This document shows, piece after piece, positions 6,569 through 18,409 of a stretch of DNA of 64,000 bases; position 1 is the first letter of the stretch; each line of letters starts with the position of its first letter. This DNA comes from Paramoeba atlantica (Eukaryota > Protista > Discosea). The position numbers and the translations under genes were made by a program. The stretch lies in the NCBI GenBank assembly GCA_977017575.1, contig CDRNVI010000038.1, positions 62,001 through 126,000 on the forward strand, given 5' to 3'. Below the pieces are notes generated by a model. The model was not told the DNA's origin. It did no database searches and was given only the letters and a program-made list of their open reading frames with translations.

Positions 6569-9500
6569 AAAACAGTCAGCGATCTGCTCAGTGATGTCAG
6601 GCGGATGTACACGCACTGCGTACTGCATCTTCACGTTTATGCTGTGGGATAATAAACTGAGCGACACATTGTTAAGCCCCATGATCTTCAGCCGACTGAA
6701 AGCTAAGTTATGTTGTTCAAGTTGGCCCGTCAGCCTCTCCGCCACCGTTGTATTCTTGCCAATGAATGCTCCCAACACCTTTGTGGCTTCATTTTCGTTG
6801 ATGACTCCCGCATTCTCGAGACATGGCGGAATCGCAATTTGGTTCCACCCGCCGAACCATACACATTTCTTGGCAGCAAGCTCTATAGATTGTTCCCTGA
6901 CGATTTCTTGGAGTCTGCCGAATGCTTTTTCGATGTCGGAGGCATTCAGAGATGATATTGTGACGTCATCGATGTATGCGTGTAATTCCACGTTCGGAAA
7001 TTCCTGGGCCAGCGTCTCTAAAATGGGTTGCATATAGATACAAAAATAAAGAGAAGCTAACGGCGATCCCTGCCTGAGTCCCGACGAACTTGGCACGACT
7101 CCAAACAATTTGTTTTCCGATCCGTAGAATAGAAGTTCAGAGGTGCCAGAGTATTCGACCTGGAAGAATCTTTGAAATGGTCGCAACGCGCTAAAGGCGA
7201 AAACGTGCTTTGCTATTTCTTTCCTGCATGGAGAATTAAACGCATTTTTAAAATCAATTGCGAGCATCGAATGACCTTTATTGTAACGCTCACGAAGTTT
7301 GTGGACTATTCGTTCGCATCCAGCCCAAGCAAATACTCCCTGTTGCATTGGAGTGAAGAGTGGTGCCAGAGTGTGTTCATACCGTTGCATGAGTACTATT
7401 CCAGCCAGTTTGTTGAGAACCTCGCCCATTGCTACGGGACGCACTCCTCTGCCCCCCTTCGGTATGGCGACCAGCCGAGCCCGGTTTAGACGCTGAGTTA
7501 CATCCTTCGAGAGAAAGCCGTTTAGAAGATCGCATATCATGTGACACAAGCTTCCGCAGGACACCTCGTCATCGGTCATGAGGCGCACAATACCGTCGGT
7601 CATTCCCGTAGGCCCGGGGCTGACTCCTTTCGCCAGCCTTTTGGCAGCGCTACGTAGCTCTTCAGGTGTGACCCCAGCCAAGGTGGGCGCGTCTTCGGGT
7701 GCCTCAAAGTCACATGGTTTTTGAGGATGCAACTCTGTTAACTTGTCCAAAACCTCCTCGTCGGACAAATTGATTGATTTAAACTTTTGACTCAATGTTT
7801 TTGCCGCTTTAGACGCGCACCCTTCCAAAACTAGTCTCTTTGCTTTGTTAATGGCACGTAAATCCTGGGCAGCATCGCTGTCAACCGTCGCCTTCGGAGT
7901 GAAAGGTTTACGTCTTTTGCTGCGTTTATCCACATCTCGTATTGTCGCCAATGATAGTTTCATCGCTGACAATAGCCGATGCCAAATCTGGTTTCGTTGC
8001 GCAAAATCGACATTTGCGTAGTTCCGTATAATATCCCGCAGTGTGGCGACGACGCACGGAATAAATTCTGGACTCACCGTTCGCATGGTTGGGATCGGGA
8101 GATGATCAATTCCCTCGTTTCCGCAAGTCAAATGCTCCGCTAGTTGATGATTTTCCATGAAAGAGTCTCGCCGTACGGTCTCGTCTATCGAGGGAGGGGC
8201 CTGGTGCCATAATATACGATAAACTCTTACGGCTTCTTGTGGCGGAAGCGTTCCTTTGAATTCGTCGCCGACGCTGTACCCACGAACTCCTTGATACAAC
8301 ATAGATAATTTCCCCAGACCTCCACGTTTGCTGTGTGTCCGTGTGACTTTCCCGATCGATACGTTGATCTCGTCGTTGCGATCGAATGTCCACACAATGG
8401 TGCATTTTGTTCCCGCTTTGATCTGTTTAGATTGCTTCCATATCTCGTCCCCTGGTATCGGAAATTGGGTTTTAATATTGGTGGTTCCTTCCAAGCTCTC
8501 TGCCCATGCTTCGTCTATATGCCTCATATCTTCCTCCGCTCCATTTTCTCCGATAAATCGAATTCGCTGCTGCGGAACACTCTTCTCGGCATTTGCTGGC
8601 TCACCGTGTACTATGTTGCTGATCCTTGCCAGCTCGGTCAAACGTATTCCGTCTCCCGTGTTGTCGTCAATCAAGTTTGTTGGAGTTGTCAGTCTGGCAT
8701 TTTCAATATTTCCTTGCACGTGATTAGTGGTTTCGTTCCCTATCTGCCTCACGTCGATCTGCTTAAGCAGGTCTTGTGGAGATTCGCAGTCGTGGTAGAC
8801 AATGTCCTCTCGCGATGTGATTTCGTCATCCCCCGAGGTTGTACCGCTGATCTTGGTGGGAGTAATCTCGCTAATTTTCTGCGGCGTTGCTCCCTTAGTT
8901 AGTCGCGTCACGTGGTCGTCCTTTCTTGCGTTGATATCACTTTTCCGGATGTTCTTGGGAGATTCCTCGTTCTTCTGATGTGTTGTGTGTGCCTCTGTAT
9001 TCCTTCCGATTCTTGCCAAAATCTCCTCATTAACTAAGTTGAGCTTCGGTCTGCGCTTCGGACGGTTCAGAAACTTTGGCTTTCGTGGGGCAGTATTGAT
9101 CTCCCCTTCTATGTCTCTTACTCGGTTTTCTTCTGCTCGACTGTCTGGGGTCCGATTATTGCAGTTTTTGTTACTTCCTGGCGTTGTTGCTCCTGGCCTT
9201 GTTCCGCACATCTTTCCTTCCTCGTCCCTCTCTCGGTCCTTTCTCGATCCCACGTCGTCCGCAGTCGTCGCATTTCGTGTGGCCCGATTTCGGCTGAAGT
9301 TGATCAATTCGCGCGTAGATGATACGATTTTAATTTTTCTGGGTACTGGCAATGGCAGTGGCAACTGGTTATCCACTTTGGACTTTGAGTTTTCTTCCGT
9401 GGAAAGCGTCGCAAGCGGATGGCGACTCGGTGATTGTGACAAAGGCAGCGCGGCTGGAGGGGGAGAAGGCGCGGCGGGAGGAGAAGGCGGCGCTAAGGGG

Positions 9501-9820
9501 GGAGTAGAAGGTGGCGCGGCGGGAGGAGGGGAAGTCGATCGCGTCGTAGGGAACGACAGCGCGCGCGGCAGAGGAGGAGGCGACATTGGGAGCGGCAGCG
9601 CTGGAGGTGGTGATGGCGCACGCAGCGGAGTAGGAGGAGGTGACGGTAGAGGAATTGACGGCTCGCGCGGCGGCGGTGGAGGCGACGTCGGTGGAGGAGA
9701 AGCGTCCGACGATGGCGCCAGCCCTAAAGGGTATTTTTTCTTCCGGCGGGTCGGCGGCAGCGGCTGGACAACGGGGGCTACTCCCGTCTCCTTCGCGCGG
9801 CTCCGGGTGAACATGCCCAT
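6569..9820 (-). CDS. Family A1 N-terminal part: Pro-rich region, beta-rich domain, reverse transcriptase
   Basis: GPTG, RPVAMGE, IDFKNAFNS, GLRQGSPL, YIDD, LGAFIG. Confidence 0.92.
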
Positions 9821-10420
9821 GAAGGGTGAGAGAATAAGAAAAGGAAAATTTTTTTTTTTTTGTGTTAAGATTTCTGTACCTTGTTGAATTTTTCTACTTG
9901 GTCTTACAGAAAACGATGGTCTTTTTTATGGATGTCTAAGGAGACACGTGAGAGATTCACCGGAATTTGGGATCTATTAATATTAAAATTCTTTTCGTAA
10001 ACTCTTATAATATACTCGTCTAAATTTCATCACGTAAACTAATAATAATTATAATTAAACCTCCATGTACTTCTGTGCTCGAGACTAAGCTCTTGCTCAA
10101 CATGAATCGGACAATATTGATATTTCCTCTTAGGAATACCCCATCTTCAATCTTCGAAAGAGACACTTGTGATTGTATTTCAAGAAGGCATTAGTAAGTA
10201 AACTTATAATCATTGCACGTTTCGGACCGGGTCTTTCGAGAAAAAAAAACCTGATCCTACCTACCTCACGTTGGGGAACCTCACTCGAAAGAGCAAGGCG
10301 TGAGAGTAAGCACTGTCGGCACGATCAACTCCCGTAACGACCACATTTCGGAGGCACAGGTCGTAAAGTAAAAGGCATAAGATGGGAGTGCTGTCGGAGA
10401 GTCGAGAAAACCGACTACAT

Positions 10421-12808
10421 TCAGAGTCTGAGGCCTCCTAGCCACTTTTCGCCCTTGATGTGATTTCGCAGCTGCGACACGATTGTGTATGCTGCGAACT
10501 TTTCGTTTTCCAATTGGAAGGCTTCCCGTATCACTTTGGGGTCTAAGTCAGCGCGTTTCGAGAGGGCTTTAATCAGCTCCTTCGTATTTTCGTGCAGCAT
10601 TCCACAATCAGTTAGCGCTATGCATCGAAAATAGTTTGGATCCACTCCTTTCTCCACTATGTATTTTCGATGTTTTCTTTCTATGGAACTCTCTAGAAGG
10701 GCTGTGCTGGACTGTTTCTGGTAGCTGCTGCAGAGTGTGTGTACGACTGTGACATCGTAGAGGACTTCTCCAATATCTGGCCACATTATGGCCAGATCGG
10801 GGCCCGAACGTATACGACGAGCTCTGCATGGGTGTCTCTCCGCTGCTTCTGGTGAAATAGAGCACTTACACTTCGTGCAAAAGAACGATGAATACAGACG
10901 CGGTTCCACCGCACATGGGAGTCCAGCTTTTCCACATAGATTTGAAAGGTATCGAACAATGTGTGAGTGTTTTCTCGTACAGTTCATCCCAGCACATTTC
11001 GAGCAACCTGCAACGTGTGGAAATATTCCGGAGGGCGATTCACTGACCCCGCATCCAGGACAGGAGATATTACTCGAAGAAGGGAGACTGACGGCCAGCC
11101 TCATCTTGAGCGTTTGCTGGAAGAGGTACGGGTTTACGTAGTTGTTGGTCGAGAGGAGATGAAAATTTGCTTCCTTCGAGCGCTTCATAACTCCACTGAA
11201 ACGTGGTTTTGTTTTCAGCTCTGCCGCAAGTTTTTCGTGCTCGTCGTTGACTAGTTTCTTCAGTGCCGTGCGTACTCCTTGTGTCCCTGTGGTCTTGTTG
11301 CCTTTTTGTTGCTTCTCAGAGTTTTCTATCGGAGCTTCATATGGGTTGAAATGCTCATCAATAGATTGACGGGAAGCTTCAAAAAGATAGCGATGTTTCA
11401 GAACTGTGGAGGTTATTCCCAATCCTCCCATTTTGCACGGCAAAGAGGCAAGTGCTAAGGCATCTTCGTCAGCATCGCACCACTTTCTTAAGACTTTTTG
11501 GATCTCTTTGTCAAAAGTCTGAGCTAGAAGGAATGATGCGCCCGGTTTATGTACTCGCAGGTGATAATCGTGGCGCGGTATCGTGCAACGCTTTAAAATT
11601 GCGAGGGAAAGATTACTTGGCCCCATGCGGCTGAGTCTTCGAAACAGACAGTTATGCTTCTCCAATTTTTCGAGAAGTTTGCGTTCTACGGCTTTGTTGT
11701 TGCCTAGGTATCCTCCGAGCACTTTGATTGTATCTACGCAGTCTTGAACCCCAAGTTCCCGAAGAGAGGAATCTTTGATGTGTAATGCCCTGGATCCTTG
11801 AAAGATTTCGCATTTGCGGTAGTTTATTTCTAAGTTCAGATCGCTCGTAAGCTCTTTGAAATGCAAGAATGCAACCTCGAGAGATGCCTCGTTTTTAGAA
11901 CTCATCGTTACATCATCCTGGTACGCGCGTACGGTGACCTCGGGGTAAGCATCAGCTACTTCTTTCAAAGCTCCATGCAACACAGCGCAGAAATAAAGCG
12001 ATGACAGCGCGGATCCTTGCCAAACCCCAGAGGAGCTCTCTATGACTGAATGCAGCGAGTTGTTAGCAAAGAAGAGAAGTTCGGTTGGCTGGCCATATTC
12101 TAAATAAAAAATCCGCATGAAATGTTTGAAGATGGGATATTGAGTTAGAGCTCTTTCTATTGCTGTTCGATGAGGTGTATTATACGCGTTTTTGAAGTCA
12201 ATGGTGAGCACCGTATTTCCAGCTTCATACTCAGAAAGTAACTCGTGTACAATTGATTCACAGGCATTCTTCTGCAAGATCCCTCGCTGGATAGGTTGGA
12301 AGAGCGATTTTAGCGCAGCCTCATGACGCTGAAGAAGAATTGTGCCACATATTTTAATTATGGTATCCCCCATCGCTACAGGTCTTACGCCGTTGTTCGG
12401 TTTGGCTAGAGCAATGATTCTGCAACGAGTCAGACGTTTGCGTACACTGTGAGCGATTTCCCCGTTGATTACGTCGCGGAACATATGACACAAGGCGAGT
12501 CATGATTCTTCGTCTTCTGCTAAGAGCCGCATCATACATTCGCTAAAACCAGTGGGTCCGGGAGATGCTCCTCGGGATAATTTTGCTGTCGCTAGGCGCA
12601 ATTCGGAGCATTCGACCACTGCAATTCTCGGTAGCTCTTGGTCCGTCCCTTGAGGTGAGGGTCCGTTTGGGTGAAGTGATTTTAGTGCCTGAGCTTTTTC
12701 TTCTGCCGTGAGAGGTGAATCTCGATACACGTTGTCTAGTATTCGCGTTGCTTTGCTTAGATTTCCTGCTCGTCCCGCTTGCAAAGCGTTGCTAATAGAA
12801 CGGCGGTC
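10421..12808 (-). pseudogene. Family B1 RT-RLE with one in-frame TGA (12500-12502)
   Basis: RPVAMGD, YQDD, GGLG, CPGC, GPD; EES*LALC versus EESCLAIC in B2. Confidence 0.85.
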
Positions 12809-13939
12809 GGGTAGGGGGGACCTTCGATGAAGCTTCATCGAAAGTGTACAACTTTCGATGAAGCACATTGAAAGTTGTACACTTTCGATGAATCTTCATC
12901 GAAGGTGTTTTTGACTTTTTTTTTTTCAAATCTTCACGCAAACGTTTTTCGCGGATCCATATAGACATTTTGACTTTTTTGGTGCTCCATCGAAGTGTTT
13001 TGTGAAGGCTCGTAGAGGAATTTCACCGTTTCTTCAGTTTATCTTCATCGAAGCGTTTTTGACTGATCCATATACATATTTTGAGCGACAATCCTGCGGA
13101 AGGGGTAAACACAGGATTTTCGTTGAGTACTCAACGAAGTGCCGGATTTTCGTTGAGTACTCAACGAACGGAAATTCACGGTGGAAATCAAGGACTTTTG
13201 CATAAGTCAAGGACTTTTGTGGAACATCCAAGAATTTTTTTTTGATTTTCATTTTCCGTGCGTTCAGTATCCTACACTTCGCTATATACGTTGACAACGC
13301 CTGCGTAGCGAAAACTACGAAATTCAGTGAGCTTCGCAAATTGCTTCCCACTAACGACGCACAGGGGAACCCTACGCGGGGTACGGCTCAGGCCCGCTCA
13401 CGCGGGCCCTCGCCGTTTCGCGGCCGCGCGCACCCCCGCTCACGCGGGGGCCCCCGCGCGGCCAAAATGGGTACTAAAATTTGTTATCAAGGTAGTTGGG
13501 CTTCGCAAATTGCTTCCCACGAATGGATACTAAAATTTGTTATCAAGGTAGTTGGTCAAGATTATCAAGATTATCAAGTAGTTATCAGTTAGGCCTTTCT
13601 TCCTCCTCCCTCTAAGGTCCTGCAGATTTTTTACGGTCACAGGGTACGTTCGTTGAGAAATCAACGAACGTACCCCCAAGCCAAAATGTGAAAGAAAACG
13701 GAAAGTCAGAATTCAGACAAAAAAACAAAAAATTATTGAATTTAAAATGAAATTATATGTTTCATGCAACGTGTTTTCAACAGCCAATGGAAAAATTCGT
13801 TCAAAAACAAAAAGTTAAAAAAGTCAAAAAAAGTCAAAAACACCTTCGATGAAGATTCATCGAAAGTGTACAACTTTCGATGTGCTTCATCGAAAGTGTA
13901 CAACTTTCGATGAAGATTCATCGAAGGTCCCCCCTAGCC
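12809..13939. mobile_element. Non-autonomous TIR element (MITE), GG termini, 8-bp TSD, Merlin-like
   Basis: TSD CGGCGGTC at 12801-12808 and 13940-13947; ends GG(G/C)TAGGGGGGACCTTCG; about 110-bp TIRs; no transposase ORF. Confidence 0.85.
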
Positions 13940-14904
13940 CGGCGGTCCATGTCTAATTCTAAGCGGTCATGCTCGCTCAGTTTTGAGTCATCTTCCTCCA
14001 TCCAGTTCTTGCGGGATTTTCTAACTGAGCTCTGACGTCGGATTAAGTTCTGATGTACTGTTGCTAAAGAATCCCTGGGAGAATTTAAAAGTTTGTGCCA
14101 GATAGCGGATTTCTCTGATTCTGTCTTGGCTTTCGGATAAGCACCAATAATCGAGCGAAAAATTGCAACAACGTGTACTGAGAACGAAGAATCAATTAGC
14201 GAAAATCTGGGGAGGGGATCTAGGTCGCACCCATCGTCCGCTGTCTCAAAGCTTTCATTCAGGTCTGAGTTCTTCTCTTCTACGGATTCAACGGAGGGAG
14301 TCTTGATTTTGTTAATCTTCACTTCGTTAATCGACCAAATTTTGATCTTCGCGGATTGCGGAAGGTGAAGAAGACCAGCGGGTCCTTCGCTACCCTCTTT
14401 AGGTTTGTATGCAATCGTGAGCTTCACTAAACCTCGACGCACCGTTCTCTTGGACACCGCACCTTCACTGGTATATGTCTCTTTCTCATTGAATCCCCAT
14501 CGTATTTCGCACGTGCTACCCTTTCCCCAGTCCTTTATGATGTCGAGAACGCGATCCGGCGCCTTGGGAAACCTTCCGCTCGTTGCTAGCTGGTCACCGT
14601 CCGTGGACATCGTATCTGAGGTATCGCTGCCAAAGCTGTCTCGTGAATCGGCATCTGAGCTTACATTCGACGTGCAATCTATTGGAGACAAATATATTTC
14701 GGCATCATCGCGTGCTCTGGCCTTGATTCGTTCTCGAGGTGGAAAGTCGTACGCTCCATGGTCTGCCCATGATTTCGAAAGTTCCTTCTCACTCGTCACT
14801 ATTCTGATTCGCGGAATCTTCTTGGGATTGGATTGTAAGCTATTCTTCCGATCAGGGTGTGAAAAGTTCACCCCTGGGAGAGTGTTGCCGTGGGGGGTGG
14901 ACAT
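13940..14904 (-). CDS. Family B1 N-terminal ORF part
   Basis: Continues in frame into 12808 after MITE removal; homologous to 29761-30219 and to the B2 N-terminus. Confidence 0.8.
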
Positions 14905-14930
14905 AATTGTAAGAGTAAGAAAACAACAAG

Positions 14931-14970
14931 CAACAAGGTACAGAAAAGAAAAGAAAACAAGGTACAGAAA
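14931..14970 (-). repeat. Two SL 3'-half relics (TTTCTGTACCTTGTT[G])
   Basis: Copies at 14931-14946 and 14956-14970 match the SL 3' end. Confidence 0.8.
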
Positions 14971-15013
14971 AGAAACTCGCGAAATGCAAAAGTTTTTGTT
15001 GAATTATAACGTT

Positions 15014-18000
15014 TTTTTTTTTTTTTTTTAAAGTAATAATTTATAATTCTCAGAAATCAAAATTTCCATTGTACAATTCTTTTCGTAAACTTTTAATAGA
15101 TAAATAGATAATTTAAGTTTTCTGGTTTGTTGATTTTTTTGTTGAAGCTTACGCGTCTTTGTAAGCTTATGTATTAAATATATAATTTTACTAAAGTATT
15201 AATCTGTTTGACTCAAAAACCATAATTTTCTGTTCCATTCGACGCTAAGTATTTGCGGAGTTGCGAGTATACAGCAGCTCCGTTGAGGTCCTGTAATAGA
15301 AGTTTAAAGTCGGCCTCTACGGTTTTTCTATTTTGCACTGTTGCGTCGGCCAAAGCGTAGAGGAGATTTCTTGTTGTTGTGCTCAGTCCTCCGCTGGATA
15401 AAACTGGTAGGCACTGAAATGCTCCTGATGAAATTAGTCCGCTTGCGACATAATGTCCATGTTTTCGTTCTGTGGCTTCCTTCATTAGTTTCGAGCAATT
15501 AGAGTTGATGTGCGACGGAGAAAGGTCATGGACAACGGTAAGGTCGTAGAAAATTTCCCCGCTGGCCCAGTAAATCAAGAGATCAGGTCCTGATCGATGG
15601 AAAGTTCGTCCAGCACATGTTCTTTGATGAATGACCTTGTTCTCGTAGTTAACATTTGCGTTGCATGCTTGACACGTCCACATGGTGAAGGCCCGAGGTT
15701 CGATCTCACATGGAATTCCAGCCCGAATACATAGGTCACCAATGTACTTGACAAGAGCGTTGTGTTTTACGGTTGCGTTGAGTCCGGAGCATCGGACACA
15801 TCCAGGGATGTGGGTGAGGGCCGTGTTGCCGTCTAATATAATCTTGCACCCGGGGCAGGTGAGGTTTCGAGGTAATTTGGGATGGACAATTCCAAGTCGC
15901 GGCATGATCGTAAGTTCAAAGTTCCGTGGAGGTACGAGTCTGGTGTTTGACATGAGCCAGTCGTTATTGCCTTTGTATGAGGTAACTTTGAGAATGGCGG
16001 CAAGCTTTGGTTCGTGCATGAGTTTTTCCCAAGTTTTATTGTGCAGCTTAACAGTTTCTGTTATATCGTCTTCGGGAGGTCGTAGTACCGTCATTTTTCT
16101 TTCGTGTATGAGATGTTCGGCTTGTGTCGTAGTCTTCTTCATTGTGTGAGCTCGAGCAGAAAAGGAATTTTGGCGCTCTTGAGCTGCATACTTTGAAGAA
16201 GTGTGTGCGGCTTCTCGTAGTGGATGCGTGGCGGTTAATCCTAGCCCTCCTTTCTTAACTGGCAATCGCGCGATTTCAACCTGTTGATTCTGTAAAGGTC
16301 CTAACCAATGTGTCAAAACCCCTTCAATTTCTTTGTCAAACTGCGATGTGAGAGCATCTGTGGTACTTGGGTGTTGAACTCTCATCAGATACTGCTGTCG
16401 TACATTAACACAACGCGTCAGTATATTAAGTGAGACGTTGCTGAGGCCCATTTTCTTAAGCCGTCGGAAGATGTCATCGTGTTTTTGCAACTTTTTGAGT
16501 AATTGTTCACTAATGGTTTCATCTTCTCCAACATAAGCACCTAGGATCTTCGTAACAGTTGTCTCCTCTGCAAGACCGAGCGATGATAGTTTGGCGGGTA
16601 TCGCATGTCGTGTTTGTCCTCCAAACCACACGCACTTTTGCAGTGAGAAGTTCAATTGACGTTCCGACATTAAAGCTTGCAGTCGTATAAAGGCTTTTTC
16701 TAATTGGTCTGGATCCGTTGATACGAGCGTTATGTCATCGATGAACGCAGAGATTTCAATGGTCGGGAACTCCATTGACAGCGTTTCCAATATCGGCTGC
16801 AAGAATGCGCAGAAATATAGAGTAGCCAATGGTGAACCTTGGCGTACCCCGGCAGTGCTAGAAACGATACCTTCCAATTTGCCTCCATGTCCGTAGTACA
16901 GCATTTCAGATGCCTCAGAATATTCCATAGCAAAGAAACGCTGAAAGGGGCGGAGGGTGCTCATTCCGAATACGTGTTTCGCTATGTCATCTCGACTGGG
17001 TGAATTGAATGCGTTCTTTATATCGACCGTTAAGATGCAATGTCCACTTGTGTATTTTTCATGTAGCTTGTGAACGATTTTTTCGCAGCCAGCTTTGGAT
17101 AATATGCCTTACTGCATTGGCTCGAATAGACATCCTAAGGTGGCTTCGTAGCGTTGCAGTAATGTAATCCCAGCTAGCTTTCCAAGAACTTCACCCATCG
17201 CGACTGGCCTGACGCCTCCATCCGGTTTCGGAATTGCCACTAGACGAGCGCGATTAATTCGTGTTCGGACTTCTTTAGAGACAAATCCGTTTATCAAGTC
17301 CGCGATCATATGACACAAGTTTAGACAACACACTTCATCGTCCAATAGGATTCGAATTATACCATCTGTTGTTCCCGTCGGACCGGGGCTAACGCCTTTC
17401 GCTAGTCTTCTGCCTGCTTCTCGAAGTTCATTAGTGGATATTCCCACAATAATGGGAGCGTCATTGGGGACTGTAAAAGTGCAGGCTTTCTGTGGATGAA
17501 GGAGCTCTAGTTTTCCTAACGTTTCTTGATTGGTCAAGGTGTTTGGTTTGAACTTTCTGTCCAGTACTTTCGCAGCCTTTGACACGCAGCCTTCAAGGAC
17601 CAGTTTCGTCGCTCGCTTGATGGCGCGTGTGTCGTCAGTCGTGTTCGTATTTTCTGAACTCGTTTCATTCGTTTCCGGCAATGGTCTCCGTCGTCTTTGT
17701 CGCTCACTCATTTGTCGTACGTTCGCTAGTGAGAGTTTCATAGCTGACAGGATTCTATGCCATATCTGATTGCGCTGATCGTAGTTGCTGTCTCCGTAAT
17801 CGCGTACTATGTTGCGGTATGTTGCCGTCACGCACGGTATTATTTCAGGGGTGAGAGTGCGCGCTGTGGGTATGGGTTGAAAATCAGTATCTTCATCCGA
17901 CCAAAATGTGTTTATTTCCCCCATTGGATGATGCAACATTTCGAGTTCACTGTTCTTCGGTTCAATGCCATCAATGGGAGGCGGAGCACGATGCCAGAGA

Positions 18001-18409
18001 ATTTTATAGATTCTTACACTTTCTTGGCTCGGCAACGATCCAGAGAATTCTTCTCCAACTTGATGTCCGTGCACTCCGGTGTACTGTATGAACAATTTTC
18101 GAGTTCCTTTTCGAGAATACGTTCTTGTGACCTTTCCGAGCGCGATGTTCATTTCTTCCTGCCTGTCAAACGCCCACGCTACAGTACAGATCGTTCCTGT
18201 TTTTATGTCTTGTAGATGTCTTTGGATTTCATCTGGTGGAATCGGAAATTGAGAAACAGGGTCAGTCGTTGTCAGTATTTTGTTTATCTCTTCTGTGCTA
18301 TAGCCGATGTTGTCTCCAACGTAGCTGATTCCTCGTGAATTTCCGTCATTCGACGTAATTGAAACATACGCATTGGAAATTTCTTGCGCTGTGGATGGAG
18401 TGTGGATCG
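15014..18409 (-). mobile_element. CRE-like element family C, 5'-truncated
   Basis: Poly(A) at about 15014-15029; TSD ATTATAACGTT at 15003-15013 and 18410-18420. Confidence 0.87.
15213..18409 (-). pseudogene. Family C RT-RLE ORF with one in-frame TAA (17109-17111)
   Basis: RPVAMGE, GVRQGSPL, FIDD, GGLG, GPD; PMQ*GIL versus PMQQGVF in family A. Confidence 0.85.

Larger units (their letters stand above)
1654..6569 (-). mobile_element. YR1: complete tyrosine-recombinase retrotransposon (VIPER/Ngaro-like, split direct repeats A1-ORFs-B1-A2-B2)
   Basis: gag, YR and RT/RNaseH ORFs; split direct repeats; no TSD; removal restores the host CRE ORF. Confidence 0.93.
315..9848 (-). mobile_element. CRE/SLACS-like non-LTR retrotransposon, family A copy 1, interrupted by YR1
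   Basis: Poly(A) at 315-339; ORF halves join exactly across YR1 (IADCF|DEKVED); near-identical to copies at 25138-29760 and 41623-46956. Confidence 0.92.
9849..14968 (-). mobile_element. CRE-like element family B copy 1, interrupted by a TIR element
   Basis: Poly(A) 9849-9861; ORF rejoins across the 8-bp TSD (LDMDRR|SISNAL); SL relics at 5' end. Confidence 0.88.

Noticed and set aside
9760-9840. HDV-like or hammerhead ribozyme at CRE 5' ends
   Set aside because: Only a 6-bp hairpin is visible; core motifs were not found by eye. A covariance-model search would be needed.
8985-9887. Gly-rich plus-strand ORFs (also 28885-29814, 40696-41161, 46082-47260, 53357-54060)
   Set aside because: Antisense shadows of GC-rich Pro-rich coding regions.
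12812-13936. TA TSD (Tc1/mariner) reading of the MITE
   Set aside because: Removing it that way does not restore the B1 frame; the 8-bp TSD does.
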